In this document: piece by piece, positions 60,960 through 64,000 of the stretch
Layout of the letters: each line of letters starts with the position of its first letter
Numbering within the stretch: position 1 is the stretch's first letter
Source of the DNA: Camelus ferus
Taxonomy: Eukaryota
Direction of reading: 5' to 3'
Assembly (NCBI RefSeq): GCF_009834535.1
Contig: NC_045697.1
Location: 69,566,001-69,630,000, forward strand
DNA: 64,000 bases
Made by a program: the position numbers and the translations under genes
The notes under the pieces: model-generated
Databases searched by the model: none
The model's input: the letters and a program-made list of their open reading frames with translations, nothing else
What the model was told of the DNA's origin: nothing

Positions 60960-63900
60960 TAGAAAGATTCTTTTGATAATTTCCTAAATTCATCAAATGC
61001 TTTCTCCCTAAGTGGAACGGAAGAGATCTTATGGTAAATATTTTCCTTCAATATTTGAGACTCTTGGGAACATAACATGGTTTTGTTGGGGACCTCTACT
61101 TTTGTTAATTTGAAAAGAGGATGGAAGCCTTAGAGGAGCAGGTTCACTAATATCAGACTTTTCAGAGAACCCTCCAAAAGTATTTTATGGCCATGTCTTC
61201 CTAGGTTTTTATAAATTATAAAATCAAGTACTTATAGTTAATATCAATGCTTTAAATGAGATGAGTCCTTGAAAGCATATCCTATTCATCTTTGTAAGAA
61301 ATACCATAATATACATTACAGGACACAGGTAACTAATGATTATAAAATTACTTGAGAATCCTTAGCATTACTAATATTCTGGTTGTAGACTATTATTGAA
61401 AAAAAAACTTGCCTAAATGTACCAAGTGTTTGGAAAGAAATATGGTTTATCTGTAAGATAAAGAAAGAGGGCTGAATTGCATTATTCAGTTGCGTTATTC
61501 ATTTTGATGCCTATGAGGCTGGAATGAAGCAAAGTAGAAAGATTATGCAGTCCCAAGTTTCAGACTGACACTTTTTGAATTATCAAGAGACATTTAATTA
61601 AGTAGCGTCACACAGTTACACTGGTCATTCTCACAACAGCAGCTGTACTCACAGCTGGATGATGTGGCTTCCTCACAAAGACATTCTGACCTTGGGAGCA
61701 TGTCTGACCTCTCCTTTGTGCCTTCTCAGCTAGGCCCTGTAGATCTTACCTCTTGCACTGCTTTCAGACATGCCCAGAATAGAGCTGAATGGAAGTCCTG
61801 ACATAAATCAAGGTCTATGAATGGATATTATAAAATTCCTAATTTATATGCTACGTGGTGTGTGTTCCTTTGAGATTCATAAAGCTATGCAAATAGAGTA
61901 ACTTGGAAAACACTGATAGAAAAGGACTATTTTGCTAAGAAAGCAAGCAACAGAAATCAGGAAACTCATTTCATGTGAGAGAGTGTACCACCAAGCAGCG
62001 CAAAATGGCAGCTGTGGAAGGCTTGTAAGCAGCTTGGCTGAGCTATCAGAAAAGAAGCTGATCAATCTGTAAAACAAACAGATGCTTGTCTTTCATTTCC
62101 AAACTGATTTGGCGTAGTGGAGTTGTCTTTCCCCGTGCCATCAATGGAAAGCAGGACAAATCATTCTATGTAAATTGAGCCCAAATTGAAAGATACAAAA
62201 GAATTTTCCTCCCTCTTGCTTCTTTCCTGGGGCTCTCTCTTTGCTAAAAGGGTTGCTGTGAGCATAAACAGATTATAAAAGGCTATTTCCTTGCATATAA
62301 ATGTTATGTTCCTTGGTAATCAGTTTCCTTCTTTTAGATCCTGTTAGCTTGTATTTCACCATTATTTTCACCGTTCAAGTGAGAAATAAAGTTCAGAATC
62401 TGCAATGTGGCTTTGGTGTTAACGTATATGTCAAAGATTCCACAATTTATGGGTAGCTGTCCCAACCCCTCCCTGAAGAATGATTTCAATTCTTTTAGAT
62501 TTATGACAAGCACTCAAAACAGAAAACCAGAATGGTGCTTGTTTTATACCACATCTCTAAACCCACTTAAAAAAAAATCACTTTTAGTTCAACTTGGATG
62601 TGTAATCAATCTTAGAACAGTCTTGTAGTACATTGTAGAATATGTCAGCAGAGATAAATTCAGGCAACTCCAATATCTCCTGCTGCCTCAGAGGGTTAGC
62701 AGATGATGCCACTTGCCGTTTTAATTTGTTAAACAGTATTAAGGGAGACCAGACTGTAATGTAGAACACATTTCAAATTAAACTTTGTAGTGCTTGGTTG
62801 ATATTTATCTGAGGCATTGCATTTTATAGTTGTATTAGCACAGAATTTGAGTCAATTAATTTTGAGGCTGAATTGTAAACGAAACACATGTTTTCTATGA
62901 AATGTAGAGAAGGTGGTGCCAGGAGTTGGTTACGCTTGTGAGTCCAGAATTCTTTCTTAAACACTATTTTTAAGAAATGTATGTTGAAAAATGCTCCATC
63001 TTTATAACTAAACTAAAATCCAAAACTTGCAATGAATTAAAAAGAAATACGAAATTTTGGACAAATAACATGGGTTTCATATTATTATTAATAGCATAGT
63101 ATGTAAATTAAAGAAATAATGTTTCTTCTATTTAAAATAGCCTTCCCCTCATTTCCCTCATTTTAAGAAAGCACACACTCATTAGGCATACTGGGAAGTA
63201 GAAACGTGCAGAGGAAGAGAACTATTTGGCATTGTTCTATCATCCAAAGGTAAGTATTGTCCATATTTGGATATGTTTCTTCTATACTTTTGCTTCTGCT
63301 TTGAGTTGTGTTTGTTTCTGTAAATTAAAAAAGAATTCTGTTCTTTTCAGTCAACATAATATAATAGCATTTATCTATATTAATACATATCTTTACAAAC
63401 AATTGTAAAGGACTGTCCAATTTTTTATTAAATGTAGGCTCCACGATTTATTTATCTAGTACCAGATCATTAGGTATTTAGGTCAATTTAAATTTTAAAT
63501 TTCGTTAAGTATGCTACTGTGAATATCTTTGTGCATAGAAAACATTCTTAATTTTGAATTTTACATGATTTATTTAGGCTTTCTTCTCAGAAGAGAAATC
63601 AGATTTCAAGACTTTTTTGAAACATGGCGGAGTGACCACATTGCGTTTTTTTCTTCTACTCATAGCTTCATTAAAGAGGCAGTAAAATAATAAGATACAT
63701 ATCAAATTCCACAGATCAAAGAAAACGGGAATGAAAAAATGAGATTTGGACCAGAGGAAGCTGTGACTCCATGAGCTGACCAGGTGAATAAAGTGAAACA
63801 CGCAGACTCTTTACCGGGGGTAGAGGCAGTCAGATATAAACACCTTCTTAGCAGGCGATAGAATTATTTTCTTTAATGATTTAAGATCAGAAGAAAAGGG

Positions 63901-64000
63901 CACCAAATAATAACATTTTGGGGTCCCAGCACAAGGAAGGGTTGGCTTGTATTCGGACAGAAAGTTAGAGAAGAGAAAGGATAGGAAATGTTAAAAAGAG

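Larger units (their letters stand above)
34914..62760 (+). pseudogene. Candidate multi-exon unitary pseudogene of unknown identity
   Basis: Seven non-repetitive segments with splice-site-like ends, mostly matching phases and protein-like frames broken by stops (see findings). No homology search was possible. Confidence 0.45.

Noticed and set aside
63500..64000. Start of METAP1
   Set aside because: Expected next by human synteny and CpGs rise slightly, but no METAP1 coding sequence or CpG island is in the window.

Overview
Mammalian genomic DNA, very probably a camelid (about ten copies of a camelid-type tRNA-derived SINE). The left half holds the 5' part of EIF4E on the minus strand: coding exons 1-5 (133 codons, all GT-AG) and a CpG-island promoter at about 28.8-30.5 kb. 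The right half (31-64 kb) is the upstream interval, which in human runs to METAP1; no METAP1 exon is visible. It is dense in nested ERV/LTR, L1, SINE and DNA-transposon remnants. Two things there are not explained by ordinary annotation. (1) A chain of non-repetitive plus-strand segments (about 34.9-62.8 kb) with splice signals, mostly compatible phases and protein-like but stop-interrupted frames. It is consistent with a large dead gene lying head-to-head with EIF4E, which I cannot name. (2) A fold-back LTR element (52636-53678) whose two ends are the same LTR terminus in inverted orientation, yet it is flanked by one 4-bp target-site duplication. All repeat family names, identities and counts are by-eye estimates without database searches.
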